Below, piece after piece: positions 1 through 11,373 of a DNA stretch of 64,000 nucleotides. The position numbers and the translations under genes are program-made. How positions within the stretch are numbered: position 1 is the stretch's first letter; every line of letters starts with the position of its first letter. Under the pieces are notes generated by a model. The model searched no databases and had not been told where the DNA came from. It worked only from the letters and a program-made list of their open reading frames with translations. The stretch comes from Alphaproteobacteria bacterium. GTDB lineage: Bacteria; Pseudomonadota; Alphaproteobacteria; CAAHEQ01; UBA3637. The stretch covers positions 169,944-233,943 of the forward strand of contig JAZUQR010000027.1 in NCBI GenBank assembly GCA_045605805.1, read 5' to 3'.

Positions 1-1
1 G

Positions 2-397
2 CAAAAACTCCCCGCAACAACCAACCTAAAAATCCTATCGGTCAACAGCAAGGATATGTATTTGGTGTATGCCTTATCAAATGTAATGGTTTCTGCCTCT
101 TTAATTCCAGAATCGTTTGGGCGCACCATAGCCGAAGCAAACGCCATGAAAAAAATTGTGGTTGCCTTTAATCATGGAGGACCAACCGAAACAATCATAC
201 AAGGAAAAACAGGTTTTTTAACCCCTGTTGGCAACATTACCGAATTAGCCCATACATTGGATAAAGTTTTGGATATGTCCGCTTCTGAAAAAGAACAAAT
301 GGAAAATGCCGCATACCAAAATGTCCACCAACACTTTTCTGTTCAAAAAATGTGTGAAAAAACACTGGCATTATATAAGGAGCTGTTCAATGACTAA
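2..397 (+). CDS. GT4-family glycosyltransferase, C-terminal part (5'-truncated by window edge)
   Basis: Frame open from position 2. Contains the GT-B/GT4 motif ESFGRTIAEA...VVAFNHGGPTE. Confidence 0.85.
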   Translation, partial: QKLPATTNLKILSVNSKDMYLVYALSNVMVSASLIPESFGRTIAEANAMKKIVVAFNHGGPTETIIQGKTGFLTPVGNITELAHTLDKVLDMSASEKEQMENAAYQNVHQHFSVQKMCEKTLALYKELFND

Positions 398-737
398 AAA
401 CAAAAAACAAACCGAACCACAAACACAAAAAAAACAATCCCCCAAAGAACGGATTTCCCAATTAGAAAAGTTGGCCAACCGATTGGAAGTGATGCGTGTG
501 GGAGATTATGTCACCAACTTAAACAAAACTTCTCGTTTAATTTGGATAAACCTGATAAGCGGGATTTCTCGTGGTGTAGGGCTAACCATTGGGGCAACCT
601 TGGTTATCGCCATCATATTCAAAATTATCAGTGCCTTGATAAGCCTAAATGTGCCTTATTTAAGTGAAATGATGCAAGAAATGCTGGATACACTTCAAAA
701 CAGATATCAACCTGTTCAACAAATCAACCCCAAATAG
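390..737 (+). CDS. DUF5665-like membrane protein
   Basis: ATG at 390 with AAGGAG upstream, overlapping the GT stop. Motif NLISGISRGVGLTIG followed by a TM segment. Confidence 0.7.
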   Translation: MTKNKKQTEPQTQKKQSPKERISQLEKLANRLEVMRVGDYVTNLNKTSRLIWINLISGISRGVGLTIGATLVIAIIFKIISALISLNVPYLSEMMQEMLDTLQNRYQPVQQINPK

Positions 738-740
738 GTT

Positions 741-914
741 TTACATAAACACACTCAGGATATCATGCAGCAGATCCAAAATCCGATCTGTCATATCAAT
801 AAACCAATTCAAAACAGTGTACACACACCATTCAATGGTGTGCATAATATACTCATACGCCACCACAATGGGATGAGTCACATATGTGAAAAACTCAACA
901 ACATAATTTTTCAT
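741..914 (-). CDS. 57-aa small hydrophobic/aromatic protein (not in ORF track)
   Basis: Manual translation MKNYVVEFFTYVTHPIVVAYEYIMHTIEWCVYTVLNWFIDMTDRILDLLHDILSVFM*. GGGAG SD 6 nt upstream; starts 3 nt after the ATPase stop and exactly fills the intergenic gap. Confidence 0.6.
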   Translation of the reverse strand: MKNYVVEFFTYVTHPIVVAYEYIMHTIEWCVYTVLNWFIDMTDRILDLLHDILSVFM

Positions 915-917
915 ATT

Positions 918-2420
918 CTACTCCCTAAACATTGGTAAACCACGTTCCATGCGTGTTTTTTGTTGTTCCATAAATGTCGCCAAATTGATATTGGCATCCC
1001 GAATAGCCATTCGCATTTGGTCGGCCGCCTGAGCATTTGGATTGGCAAAAGCCGATTGATAAACCAATTTTAATTTGGTTGTCCCTTCCAAGCGTTGATG
1101 TACCACACCCAAAATACCCCGAGCCAACAAATCCGCCACAAGGCTGTTATCCAACCCTGTTGAGGCCGCATATTTAATAATAGAGTTCAAAGCATCTTCC
1201 ACCCCATTGGCGTGGATGGTAGATAAAACCAAGTGTCCGGAAGTAGCCGCCACCAAACATTGGCTGGCCGTTTCGGGGGTTCGGATTTCACCCACTAAAA
1301 TATAACGTGGTTTAGAACGCAAAGCCGAACGCAAGCCGGCCCCCCATTGGTCATTTTCAACCGGCACTTGTTTGCAAAGACCTAATCCGCCATTTTTGGA
1401 ATGATACACGCCCGATAAAGGCATTTCAGGGGGATCTTCAATGGTGTATAAAAAGCCGCCATCCGTATCCAAAAAGCGTTTCATCAAAGCCGAAACGGTG
1501 GTGGTTTTACCTTGTCCTGTCGGTCCGGCAAAAAGCAACAATCCCGAAGAACGGCTTAAACTTGTCAAATGTTTCACAACCGATGGAGCAAACCCCAAAG
1601 TTTCAATTTCGGGCGTTGTGGTCGGCATTTTACGACAGTTATATTGTAACCCATCGGCCGTATTCACCCGCTCCACACGATAGGAATCACCGGCAAAACG
1701 CACGGCATAACTGGACATCCCCGTAAAACCTTGCTCCAAAACCGTATGAAACTCATCCAAATCATCTGTTTCAATGGGCGTTAAAGCAAAACGAGTATCC
1801 TTATCCCGTACATAGGCCACCCCTTCTGGTGTGAACCAAATATCCGCAAAATCAACATTATGTAACGAATCCCCACGCACCGTTTTAATTTCATGAATCA
1901 CATCTTTTTCAAAATGTTCCTTAAATTCAATGGACGACTTGGGGGCAACAGGGGTCACTGAATCAACAGGTGTTTCGTCCGAAGGGATAAAGACTTTGGC
2001 ATTTTCCACTTTCTGTGGAGCCTCTGTTTTCAAAAACGAAGGCGGTTCTGGCGGATTTTCCACCTTATTCTCTGGCAACTCATCCATAGGTAAAGCTGTT
2101 TCTGGATTTTCTTCTTCATCCGGCAAATCAGCCAAATCCAGCGCACTCTGGCCCGCCTCCGGCCGAACAACAGAAGGTAATTCATCTGGCAGAATCGGAT
2201 GATTTGCCATGGGAGGTTTAGCGTTGGGATCAAGCGCATCTGACATCAGTTGTGGCCGAACTTCCGGCAAAGGATTTTGTTGTACATCAGGCTGTGCAGA
2301 AGGCAAAGTCATAGCGGCTGGTTTAGGCATCTCTGTCCTTGGCACAGGTGCCACCGGCACAGGCGTATTTGGATTTTCCGAATCTTCCGGCGGACGACCA
2401 TGTAAAAAGCGTTCAAACAT
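918..2420 (-). CDS. PilT/DotB/TraJ-like secretion-system ATPase with long Pro-rich N-terminal extension
   Basis: Walker A GPTGQGKT, Asp box TIEDPPE, Walker B ILVGEIR, His box GHLVLSTIH. GAGGAGG SD. Confidence 0.8.
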   Translation of the reverse strand: MFERFLHGRPPEDSENPNTPVPVAPVPRTEMPKPAAMTLPSAQPDVQQNPLPEVRPQLMSDALDPNAKPPMANHPILPDELPSVVRPEAGQSALDLADLPDEEENPETALPMDELPENKVENPPEPPSFLKTEAPQKVENAKVFIPSDETPVDSVTPVAPKSSIEFKEHFEKDVIHEIKTVRGDSLHNVDFADIWFTPEGVAYVRDKDTRFALTPIETDDLDEFHTVLEQGFTGMSSYAVRFAGDSYRVERVNTADGLQYNCRKMPTTTPEIETLGFAPSVVKHLTSLSRSSGLLLFAGPTGQGKTTTVSALMKRFLDTDGGFLYTIEDPPEMPLSGVYHSKNGGLGLCKQVPVENDQWGAGLRSALRSKPRYILVGEIRTPETASQCLVAATSGHLVLSTIHANGVEDALNSIIKYAASTGLDNSLVADLLARGILGVVHQRLEGTTKLKLVYQSAFANPNAQAADQMRMAIRDANINLATFMEQQKTRMERGLPMFRE

Positions 2421-2679
2421 AAAAAAACCTCCTCTTTTACTCTATCATGAACTTTTTTCCACACTTTTGCAAGTTTTTTCTTTTGGATAATATTTTTTTT
2501 AGGCAACCACCCACAACCTCTTGTCATAAAATAAAAACTTGATTTTTTTCAAAAAGTAATGTATAATATATCTCGTTATTTTTAATGAAAACAGTGTTGA
2601 CCTAACTGAACGATATCTCGGTGTGTGCCAATTCTGTTGGAAAAAATAACAACGAATAAAACAAATGAAAGGAAAAAAG

Positions 2680-2949
2680 ATGTCGTTAACAAAAGAAGCA
2701 AAACAAAAATTGATTGCTGACTTCGCCACAACAAAAGGCGATACAGGTTCACCGGATGTGCAAATTGCTGTATTGACAGAAAAGATTGCCGCCTTGGCTG
2801 AACACATGAAAACACACGCCAAAGACTTTCACTCCCGTCGTGGTTTGAATGCCATGGTGACACGTCGTCGCCAATTGTTGGCTTATGTTAAAAAGCAAGA
2901 TAAATCTCGCTATGAAGATTTAATTGCCCGCTTGAAATTGCGTAAATAA
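2680..2949 (+). CDS. rpsO: 30S ribosomal protein S15
   Basis: [10 protein letters not shown]...KDFHSRRGL motifs. 89 aa from ATG 2680 after AAAGGA. Confidence 0.98.
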   Translation: MSLTKEAKQKLIADFATTKGDTGSPDVQIAVLTEKIAALAEHMKTHAKDFHSRRGLNAMVTRRRQLLAYVKKQDKSRYEDLIARLKLRK

Positions 2950-2956
2950 TTTCACA

Positions 2957-2990
2957 GCAAGGGGTGTCAAGGGATGCCCCTTGCCTTTGT
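2957..2990 (+). terminator. Stem-loop between rpsO and pnp (terminator or processing site)
   Basis: GCAAGGGGTGTC-aagg-GATGCCCCTTGC followed by CTTTGT. Confidence 0.6.
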
Positions 2991-3019
2991 ATGTATGAAT
3001 GATGAAGAAAGGAAAAAAG

Positions 3020-5197
3020 ATGTCAATTTTTACAACATATAAAAAAGAAATGACATGGGGCGGAAAACCCTTGTCCATTGAAACAGGTAAAATCGGCCGT
3101 CAAGCCGACGGTTCTGTCATCGTCCGTTATGCAGATACAGTGATTCATGCAACTGTGTGTGCCTCTAAAAAAACACCGGACACATTTGAAGATTTCATTC
3201 CATTGACCGTCAACTATCAAGAAAAAACCTATTCTGCCGGTCAAATTCCTGGGGGATTTTTTAAGCGTGAAGGAAAACCAAGTGAACACGAAGTGTTGGT
3301 CAGCCGTTTGATTGACCGTCCTATCCGTCCTTTGTTTGTCAAGGGCTTTAATAATGAAACACAAGTTGTTTGCACATTGATTTCTTATGACAAAAAAACC
3401 CAAGCCGATATCGTTGCCATGATTGCGGCTTCTGCGGCCATCACAATTTCCGGCTTGCCATTTTTGGGGCCAATTGCTGGCGCACGGGTGGGTTATATTG
3501 ATGGTCAATATGTGTTAAACCCAGATATTCAACAAATGAAGAACACCGATTTGGACTTGGTTGTTGCCGGTACCAAAGAAGGGGTGTTGATGGTTGAATC
3601 CGAAGCCCAAGAATTGTCCGAAGAAGTAATGTTGGGTGCTGTGGAGTTTGGTCATGAAAGTTTGAAACCTGTGATTGATTTGATTATTGCCTTGGCCGAA
3701 GAATGTGCCAAAGACCCATGGGAAGTTCAATCCGAACCGGCTGAATACGAAACAGTCCGCACACAAATCAAAACAAGTTTGGGTGATAAAATCGCAGCCG
3801 CCTATCAAATTCACAATAAATTGGAACGCCAAAACACATTGGATGCCATTCGTGAAGAAGCCAAAGCCTTGTTTGAAGGCAAAGAAGTAGAATTATCCAT
3901 CTATGAAAAAGTGTTTCATGAATTAGAAGCCAGAACAGTGCGTGATTCCATCTTGGCTGGTAATCCTCGTATTGATGGGCGTGACACAAAAACCGTTCGT
4001 GTGATTGAAACCGAAGTCGGTTTGTTGCCAAAAGCCCATGGTTCTGCCTTGTTCACACGGGGTGAAACACAAGCCATGGTTGTCACAACATTAGGCACAG
4101 AAGATGACGAACAAATCATTGATTCGTTGGATGGTGAAACCTCTGAAAGTTTTATGTTGCACTATAACTTCCCGCCTTATTCTGTGGGTGAAGTGGGCCG
4201 TCTTGGCTCTCCGGGCCGTCGTGAAATCGGCCATGGAAAATTGGCATGGCGTGCCATCCACCCAATGTTGCCGAACAAAGAACAATTCCCTTACACAATT
4301 CGTGTTGTGTCTGATATTATGGAATCTAACGGGTCTTCCTCTATGGCAACAGTTTGTGGTTCAACCTTGTCCTTGATGGATGCGGGTGTCCCAATGAAAA
4401 AACCTGTGGCAGGGATTGCAATGGGTTTAATCAAAGAAGGCGAAAAGTTTGCCGTTTTAACCGACATTTTGGGTGATGAAGATCACTTAGGCGATATGGA
4501 TTTCAAAGTGGCCGGCACAAAAGACGGTGTCACCGCCTTGCAAATGGATATTAAAATCACATCCATTACAAAAGAAATCATGGCAATTGCCTTGCAACAA
4601 GCCCACGAAGGCCGGATGCATATTTTGGGCAAGATGGCCGAATCTATCGCTGAACCTCGTGCTGAAATAAGCCCGAATGCCCCACGCATCCAATCTTTCC
4701 AAATTGATAAAGAAAAGATTCGTGAAGTCATCGGTTCTGGTGGAAAAACCATTCGTGAAATCACCGAAAAAACAGGCGCAACAATCAACATTTCTGAGGA
4801 AGGGATTGTGTCTGTGGCCGCCGTGGATGGCATTGCCGGTCAAGCCGCCATTGATTGGATTAAAGGCATTGTCGCCGAACCTGAAAAGGGCCAAGTCTAT
4901 GATGGAACAGTTGTCAAGATTATGGAATTCGGTGCCTTTGTGAACTTTATGCCAAATCGTGACGGATTGGTCCATGTGTCCGAAATCAAACCGGAACGTG
5001 TGGAAAAAGTGACCGATGTGTTGCATGAAGGAGATAAAGTCAAAGTCTTGTGTCAAGGAACAGACAATCGTGGAAAAATCAAACTGTCCATGAAACGTGT
5101 GAACCAAGAAACAGGCGAATTGATTGAATTACCTGAAAAGAAAAAACACACAGACGGTGAATCAGAAGAAAAACCAACTGAAACACCTGCCGAATAA
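3020..5197 (+). CDS. pnp: Polyribonucleotide nucleotidyltransferase (PNPase)
   Basis: Two RNase PH domains ([17 protein letters not shown]), KH and S1 domains. Start reassigned to ATG 3020. Confidence 0.98.
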   Translation: MSIFTTYKKEMTWGGKPLSIETGKIGRQADGSVIVRYADTVIHATVCASKKTPDTFEDFIPLTVNYQEKTYSAGQIPGGFFKREGKPSEHEVLVSRLIDRPIRPLFVKGFNNETQVVCTLISYDKKTQADIVAMIAASAAITISGLPFLGPIAGARVGYIDGQYVLNPDIQQMKNTDLDLVVAGTKEGVLMVESEAQELSEEVMLGAVEFGHESLKPVIDLIIALAEECAKDPWEVQSEPAEYETVRTQIKTSLGDKIAAAYQIHNKLERQNTLDAIREEAKALFEGKEVELSIYEKVFHELEARTVRDSILAGNPRIDGRDTKTVRVIETEVGLLPKAHGSALFTRGETQAMVVTTLGTEDDEQIIDSLDGETSESFMLHYNFPPYSVGEVGRLGSPGRREIGHGKLAWRAIHPMLPNKEQFPYTIRVVSDIMESNGSSSMATVCGSTLSLMDAGVPMKKPVAGIAMGLIKEGEKFAVLTDILGDEDHLGDMDFKVAGTKDGVTALQMDIKITSITKEIMAIALQQAHEGRMHILGKMAESIAEPRAEISPNAPRIQSFQIDKEKIREVIGSGGKTIREITEKTGATINISEEGIVSVAAVDGIAGQAAIDWIKGIVAEPEKGQVYDGTVVKIMEFGAFVNFMPNRDGLVHVSEIKPERVEKVTDVLHEGDKVKVLCQGTDNRGKIKLSMKRVNQETGELIELPEKKKHTDGESEEKPTETPAE

Positions 5198-5209
5198 AAA
5201 CAGGCAAAG

Positions 5210-5242
5210 AAAACACCCCGCCCAAAAGGTGGGGTGTTTTTT
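5210..5242. terminator. Bidirectional intrinsic terminator between convergent pnp and truB
   Basis: AAAACACCCCGCC-caaaa-GGTGGGGTGTTTTTT. Confidence 0.8.
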
Positions 5243-5256
5243 TGAATCTTCCAAAC

Positions 5257-6156
5257 CTACCAAATAAATAAAGGACGCAAAACCAAATTGTCTTTTTGAA
5301 CCAAACCACACACCACACCATCCGTTTGAACTTTCACCACACCTGTGGATAAAGTTATCTTCTGTGGTAAAGATAATTTATTCATACTCAACCGCTGGCC
5401 ACAAGAAAGCCGATAAAGCTCGTCTGTGGATAAAAATAAACAGGGCATCGGTGGCAACACTGTTTCCATGGATATCAACGGTAAATTATCCAAACAAACA
5501 GCCCCCGATTTAATTTGTTCAACCGTCACAGCCATAGATAAATCAAACGGCAAACAAACGGTTCGTCTTAAAAAAGTCACAACGCCAACTGTTCCCAAAG
5601 CATGGGCTATATCATGGGCCAAAGAACGCACATAAGTCCCCTTACTGCATACCACTTCAAAAGTGGCTTGTTCGGTTTGAAAATCAATCAACTTTAATGA
5701 ATAAATAAACACAGGACGAGCCACCAAATGCACTTCCTTTCCTGCTCTGGCCAAATCATAGGCCCTTTGTCCATTCACACGCAAAGCCGAAAAGATATTA
5801 GGGGTTTGCATGATCTGACCGTTAAAACGCCCTAAAACAGCCTCTACGGCCTCTTTGGAAGGGCGCACCTCGCTGTGATCAACCACATCTCCACCTAAAT
5901 CATCCGAAGCCGTTTCCACGCCCCATTGAATCGTAAAACGATAGGTTTTTTGTCCCTCCATCACATAAGAAATTAAACGGGTTGCCTTTCCAAAAGCAAT
6001 AGGCAAAACACCGCTTGCCAAAGGGTCCAAAGTACCGGCATGTCCAATTTTTTCGGGATGAAAATATCTTTTCAACAAAGAAACAACTTGTGTAGAACCC
6101 ATTTCATAGGGCTTATCTACCACCAAAAAACCGTTTATCTTATTCTTCTGATTCAA
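5257..6156 (-). CDS. truB: tRNA pseudouridine(55) synthase
   Basis: GHAGTLDPLASG and CSKGTYVRSLA motifs; follows rbfA. Confidence 0.95.
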   Translation of the reverse strand: MNQKNKINGFLVVDKPYEMGSTQVVSLLKRYFHPEKIGHAGTLDPLASGVLPIAFGKATRLISYVMEGQKTYRFTIQWGVETASDDLGGDVVDHSEVRPSKEAVEAVLGRFNGQIMQTPNIFSALRVNGQRAYDLARAGKEVHLVARPVFIYSLKLIDFQTEQATFEVVCSKGTYVRSLAHDIAHALGTVGVVTFLRRTVCLPFDLSMAVTVEQIKSGAVCLDNLPLISMETVLPPMPCLFLSTDELYRLSCGQRLSMNKLSLPQKITLSTGVVKVQTDGVVCGLVQKDNLVLRPLFIW

Positions 6157-6526
6157 TGTCAGCCTTTACTTTTGGAGAGTTAAGAAGCTGTTCAATGCGT
6201 TCAGCCTGTTCCATACGAGTATCAACCACAAAATCCAACTCTGGCACAATCCTCAAACGAATCTGTCGGCCAATTTCCTTTCTGAAAATCCCCTTATGAG
6301 CCTTTAACAAAGCCACCTGCTCGGCCGTATCAACGGGAGGAATAGCCCGCACATAAAGACGAGCAAAAGATAAATCTGGCGAAATATCCACTTCCGTCAA
6401 CATAATATACGAAGCCTTCAAGCCTGTAATAAAGAAATTATTGTGAATCAATAAAGTGGCCAACACATGTTGGATTTCTTCCGCAACACGCAATTGCCGT
6501 TGACTGGGTGCTTTTTTTCCACGCAT
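6140..6526 (-). CDS. rbfA: Ribosome-binding factor A
   Basis: SQRQLRVAEEI...LRIVPELDF. Lies between infB and truB; start after AGGAG. Confidence 0.92.
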   Translation of the reverse strand: MRGKKAPSQRQLRVAEEIQHVLATLLIHNNFFITGLKASYIMLTEVDISPDLSFARLYVRAIPPVDTAEQVALLKAHKGIFRKEIGRQIRLRIVPELDFVVDTRMEQAERIEQLLNSPKVKADIESEE

Positions 6527-6536
6527 CACATTCTCC

Positions 6537-8939
6537 TTAGTTTGCCACAAACTTCACCGCAGTTTGTTCCATTTCAAAACATTCCACAATGTCGCCTTCT
6601 TTAATATCATCAAACTTGGCCAACTTCACACCGCATTCAAAAGATTCTTTCACCTCACGGACATCATCTTTAATGCGTTTCAATTGTTCCAAATCACCGG
6701 TATAAATCACCGTATCATCACGCAGCAAGCGCACCTTTGCCCCCCGTTTGATAATACCTTCTGTCACCATACAACCGGCAATTTTACCCACTTTGGAAAT
6801 AGAAATAACCTGACGAATTTCGGCATAACCCAAAATCTTTTCGTGTTCTTCTGGGGCAAGCATTCCTTCCACCACATTTTTGATATCATCAGCCACATCA
6901 TATACAATAGAATAATAACGAATATCCACACCATCCCGTTTGGCAGCGGCCCTTGCCCCTTGGTTGGCCCGCACATTAAATCCAATCACAATGGCATGAC
7001 TGGCTCTGGCCAAAGCGATATCTGTTTCATTGATACCCCCCACAGCACTATGTACAATATTGACTTTGATTTCATCATTTTTAATTTTGGATAAAATACC
7101 AATCAAAGCCTCCACAGAGCCTTGCACATCGGCTTTAATCAACACAGGTACTTCTTTAATCTGGCCGGCTTTTATTTGGGCCAACAAGCCTTCTGTGCCA
7201 CCAATATGTTTCACATTTAATAATTCACGAGCCTTGCGTTGACGATAAGCAGAAATATCTCTGGCAGTTTGTTCATCATCCACCACAGAAAAATCATCAC
7301 CGGCCGCTGGCGTACCGTTCAAGCCAATCACTTCCACAGGTTGAGCCGGTTCAGCCGTCTCCAAAACCTGATTTTTGGCATTACTCATAGAACGCACACG
7401 CCCCCATTCTTGACCAACAACGAACAAATCCCCCACATGTAATGTGCCTTTTTTCACCAAAATAGTGGCCACAGAACCCCGTCCTTTTTCCATACGGGCT
7501 TCCACAACAACCCCTTCGGCAGGGCAATTTTTTGGGGCCTTCAAATCCAACATTTCCGCCTGCAACAAAATAGCATCAACTAGTTTATCCAAATTGATAT
7601 GTTTTTTGGCCGAAACTTCCACTTCTAACACATCACCGCCCATAGATTCAACCGCAATTTCATGTTGCAATAAATCCAAACGCACACGGTTTGGATCAGC
7701 CCCTGGCACATCAATTTTGTTGATGGCCACAATCACAGGCACACCCGCCGCTTTGGCATGATGAATGGCTTCAATGGTCTGAGGCATCACACTGTCATTG
7801 GCCGCCACAACCAAAATCACAATATCGGTCACCTGCGCCCCTCTGGCACGCATAGCCGTAAAGGCTTCATGCCCTGGCGTATCAATAAAGGTAATTTTCT
7901 TACCGTTTTCCAATTCCACCTGATACGCACCAATATGTTGTGTAATCCCACCCGATTCCTTGGCCGCCACATTGGTGGAACGCAACGCATCCAAAAGAGA
8001 AGTTTTACCATGGTCCACATGGCCCATAACCGTCACCACAGGCGGCCGGAATTCGTGCTCGGATTCGGGGATTTCATCCCGTTTCAAAATGTTTTCCACA
8101 TCCGACTCGGCCACACGTTGTTTCACACGATGGCCCATTTCTGTCACAACCAATTCTGCGGTATCCGCATCAATAGACTGTGTAATCGTCACCATCATCC
8201 CTAACTTCATCAAGGTTTTAACAACATCCGCCCCTTTTTCGGCCATACGAGAAGCCAATTCCTGAACCGTAATAGTTTCCGGAATAATCACATCATGAAT
8301 CACCTTTTCTGCCGGCCCCTTTTGGGCATTCAAAAACTTTTGATATTGTTTTTCTCTGGCTCGTTTAATAGAGGCCAAAGAACGGCGGTGATGATGTGGC
8401 CCGCTTTCACCATCTCCTTCTTCATCATCCGAAGTGTATTGCTTGTACGCATTCAGATTCATCTTATTGGCCCGTTTAGCTTCAAAAGCACCTTGAGAAC
8501 GATTCATAGATTGTTCTAATTCTTTTTGCTTTTTGGCGGCTAAAATCTCGTTCACATCCTTCTTTTTTGATTCAGTAAAGGTTTTGGGTTTAGAAGGTAC
8601 TTGTGCTTCAACAGCTGTCACCGCTGCCACAGGCTGTGTCTGAACAGCGGCTTCTTCTGCGGCTCTGCGTTCTTGCTCTAAACGCACTTTTTCGGCCTGA
8701 GCTTGACGTTCTGCCTCTAATTGTCGGGCGTGTTCCGCCACCCGTTGAGCTTCTTGCAACAATTTTAATTTTTGGGCCGTATTTTCACTTAAAACGGTTT
8801 GTTTTTGTTCTGGTGAGATAACTCTGCGTTGCTTACGCACTTCCACCTGCACACCGGTACGCACCGAAGTATTTGGGCGCAAAGTCCCCCCCAAAGATAA
8901 TGTTTTACCTGATAATGTCAATTTTTTATCTTCACTCAT
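6537..8939 (-). CDS. infB: Translation initiation factor IF-2
   Basis: [32 protein letters not shown]. Confidence 0.98.
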   Translation of the reverse strand: MSEDKKLTLSGKTLSLGGTLRPNTSVRTGVQVEVRKQRRVISPEQKQTVLSENTAQKLKLLQEAQRVAEHARQLEAERQAQAEKVRLEQERRAAEEAAVQTQPVAAVTAVEAQVPSKPKTFTESKKKDVNEILAAKKQKELEQSMNRSQGAFEAKRANKMNLNAYKQYTSDDEEGDGESGPHHHRRSLASIKRAREKQYQKFLNAQKGPAEKVIHDVIIPETITVQELASRMAEKGADVVKTLMKLGMMVTITQSIDADTAELVVTEMGHRVKQRVAESDVENILKRDEIPESEHEFRPPVVTVMGHVDHGKTSLLDALRSTNVAAKESGGITQHIGAYQVELENGKKITFIDTPGHEAFTAMRARGAQVTDIVILVVAANDSVMPQTIEAIHHAKAAGVPVIVAINKIDVPGADPNRVRLDLLQHEIAVESMGGDVLEVEVSAKKHINLDKLVDAILLQAEMLDLKAPKNCPAEGVVVEARMEKGRGSVATILVKKGTLHVGDLFVVGQEWGRVRSMSNAKNQVLETAEPAQPVEVIGLNGTPAAGDDFSVVDDEQTARDISAYRQRKARELLNVKHIGGTEGLLAQIKAGQIKEVPVLIKADVQGSVEALIGILSKIKNDEIKVNIVHSAVGGINETDIALARASHAIVIGFNVRANQGARAAAKRDGVDIRYYSIVYDVADDIKNVVEGMLAPEEHEKILGYAEIRQVISISKVGKIAGCMVTEGIIKRGAKVRLLRDDTVIYTGDLEQLKRIKDDVREVKESFECGVKLAKFDDIKEGDIVECFEMEQTAVKFVAN

Positions 8940-9276
8940 GACTGGCTCCTTCTAAAAAGAGTTTTTGTTTTTCGGGATATCTTTCAAGCATTTGTTCAAC
9001 CACACACATCAAATCCGTTGGAATATGAACCGTTCCTTTTGCCGCTTTGTAAAAAAGTTTTTTGTCAATCGCTTGTTCTAAACAGGCTTTATTGGCATGC
9101 AACCACATTCCCCGACCGGGCATCACTTCTTTTGCATCAAAACAAACAGTTTGTCCCGCTCGCCCCACAAAGCGCAACATCTCGGCCCGCGGGGCAGCCG
9201 TTTTACAAACAAAACAAGTGCGTGTTCCCACAACTGTTTTGGGATTTGAATTTTTGTGATTGTGTCTATTCACCAA
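8932..9276 (-). CDS. DUF448/YlxR(RnpM)-family RNA-binding protein
   Basis: RTCFVC...MLRFV...PGRGMW...ACL motif in the canonical nusA-ylxR-infB position. Confidence 0.85.
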   Translation of the reverse strand: MVNRHNHKNSNPKTVVGTRTCFVCKTAAPRAEMLRFVGRAGQTVCFDAKEVMPGRGMWLHANKACLEQAIDKKLFYKAAKGTVHIPTDLMCVVEQMLERYPEKQKLFLEGASHE

Positions 9277-10765
9277 ACCAATGCTCCCTTGCTTTCATAA
9301 TCAAGGCATTCGCATCATCTTCGGACAATTCCGAACCAACAATTTCTTGAAGTTCATCACCGGCCAAATCAGCCAAATCATCCAAAGTTTTCACACCTTT
9401 TTCACCTAATTTCACCAACATTTCTTGGGTCAATCCCTCAAAACTGGACAAGTCTTCGGCTAAATCTAATTCTTTAAGTTTAGCAGCCAATTCAGATTCT
9501 TTGGCCACCAAATAAGCCTTTGCCCGATTTTGAAGTTCTGTGGCCAAATCCACATCAAAGCCTTCAATGCCCGCCAATTCATCCAATTCAATATAAGCAA
9601 TATCTTCCACTTTGGCAAAGCCTTCTTGCACCAACAAATGAGCCATCATATCATCCACATCCAAGGCAGACATAAACAAATCCACACGGCCTTTTGTTTC
9701 GGCTTGACGATGTTCGGATTCTTGTGCCTCCGTCATCATGTCAATATGCCAACCGGTCAATTGGCTGACCAAACGGATGTTTTGCCCTCTGCGACCAATA
9801 GCCAATGACAGTTGTTCTTCGTTCAAAACAACTTCCACATTTTTGGCTTCTTCATCAATCACAATTTTCAACACTTCATTGGGGGCCAAAGCATTGATGA
9901 TAAATGTGGCCGGATCATTAGACCAAGTCACCACATCAATTTTTTCACCCTGCAATTCGTTGATAACAGCCTGTACCCGAATCCCACGCATACCGATACA
10001 AGCCCCACGAGCATCCAAAGTGGAATCATTTGAATACACAGCAATCTTAGCCCGAGAACCTGGGTCACGAGCAACTGCTTTTATATCAATAATACCATCA
10101 TAGATTTCTGGCACTTCGGCCTTAAATAAAGCGGCTAAGAAATCCGGATGAGAACGGGTTAAAAACACCTGAGGACCACGCACTTCGTTGCGCACATCCA
10201 AAACCAACGCCCGAATGCGATCCCCCACCCGATACATTTCTCTGGGAATCATTTCATCACGGCGCAACAAAGCCTCTGTCCGCCCCATTTCCACAATGAT
10301 ATTACCGGCTTCCACCCGTTTCACAACACCATGAACAATTTCGCCTTTTTTATCTTTCATTTCTTCATATTGTTGGCTGCGTTCAGCCTCACGCACTTTT
10401 TGCGTAATCACCTGTTTTGCTGTTTGAGCCGCAATCCGACCAAAGTCCATTGGCGGCAATTCATCCACAATTTCATCACCGATTTTGGCAAATGGATTGT
10501 TTTTGCGGGCTTCTACCAAACTGATTTCCCGAAACTCATCCATCACTTCTTCCACAACGGTAATGTATCTGGCCATACTGATAGAACCGTTATTTGGATC
10601 AATTGTGGTACGAATATCGTATTCAGGGCCATATTTACTGCGCCCAGCTTTGGAAATACCTTCTTCCATAGCTTTCAAAACAGCGGCTTTTTCAATACCT
10701 TTTTCATGGGCCAAAACATCGGCCATTTGAATCAATTCTGGTCTGGGAAGTGTTGCATTATGCAT
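9266..10765 (-). CDS. nusA: Transcription termination/antitermination factor NusA
   Basis: FGRIAAQTAKQVI, ARDPGSRAKIAV, AIGRRGQNIRL and C-terminal acidic HhH repeats. Confidence 0.97.
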   Translation of the reverse strand: MHNATLPRPELIQMADVLAHEKGIEKAAVLKAMEEGISKAGRSKYGPEYDIRTTIDPNNGSISMARYITVVEEVMDEFREISLVEARKNNPFAKIGDEIVDELPPMDFGRIAAQTAKQVITQKVREAERSQQYEEMKDKKGEIVHGVVKRVEAGNIIVEMGRTEALLRRDEMIPREMYRVGDRIRALVLDVRNEVRGPQVFLTRSHPDFLAALFKAEVPEIYDGIIDIKAVARDPGSRAKIAVYSNDSTLDARGACIGMRGIRVQAVINELQGEKIDVVTWSNDPATFIINALAPNEVLKIVIDEEAKNVEVVLNEEQLSLAIGRRGQNIRLVSQLTGWHIDMMTEAQESEHRQAETKGRVDLFMSALDVDDMMAHLLVQEGFAKVEDIAYIELDELAGIEGFDVDLATELQNRAKAYLVAKESELAAKLKELDLAEDLSSFEGLTQEMLVKLGEKGVKTLDDLADLAGDELQEIVGSELSEDDANALIMKAREHWFGE

Positions 10766-11252
10766 GTTGTTTTTTTCCTTTCTTGTTGTCTAATGTTTCA
10801 TCCTTAAAAGTCAATTTTGCCTTGACAATATCTTCAAAGTCAAAAGTGATATCCTGTCCTTCAAAATCCATGGTGATTTTGCTGTTTTCCACAGACTTCA
10901 AAGTTCCCTTAAATCTTTTACGGCCATCAATATCCCGCATCAATTCCACCTTGGCATCTTCACCCAAAAAGCGTTCATAGTCGGCCAATTTTACCAACGG
11001 ACGATCAATCCCCGGAGAAGAAACTTCCAACACCCAACGGCCATTGAAAGGATCTACCACATCTAACAAAGCACTAACTGTATGACTTATTTTTTCACAA
11101 TCATCCACTGTCATATCCGTGCGATCTGTGCGTTCCGCCATCACTTGAACGGTTTTCATATCCCCACCGTTCACCGCCACACGCACAAGATCATATCCCA
11201 TATCTTGCAACGCAGGCTCAATAGCCTCTTCAATTGTTTGAATCAATTCCAT
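10758..11252 (-). CDS. rimP: Ribosome maturation factor RimP
   Basis: TVDDCEKIS...LEVSSPGIDRPL. Confidence 0.96.
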   Translation of the reverse strand: MELIQTIEEAIEPALQDMGYDLVRVAVNGGDMKTVQVMAERTDRTDMTVDDCEKISHTVSALLDVVDPFNGRWVLEVSSPGIDRPLVKLADYERFLGEDAKVELMRDIDGRKRFKGTLKSVENSKITMDFEGQDITFDFEDIVKAKLTFKDETLDNKKGKKQHA

Positions 11253-11373
11253 TTTTTCTCCTTGTAAAGTTTAAGTGGAGCTCTTTTGAAGCCCCACCCG
11301 TTTGTTATCATCTCAGGAAGTATGTAAAGATTATAATCAATTTTTTTTGATTTGTCAACAACTTTTTATCAAA

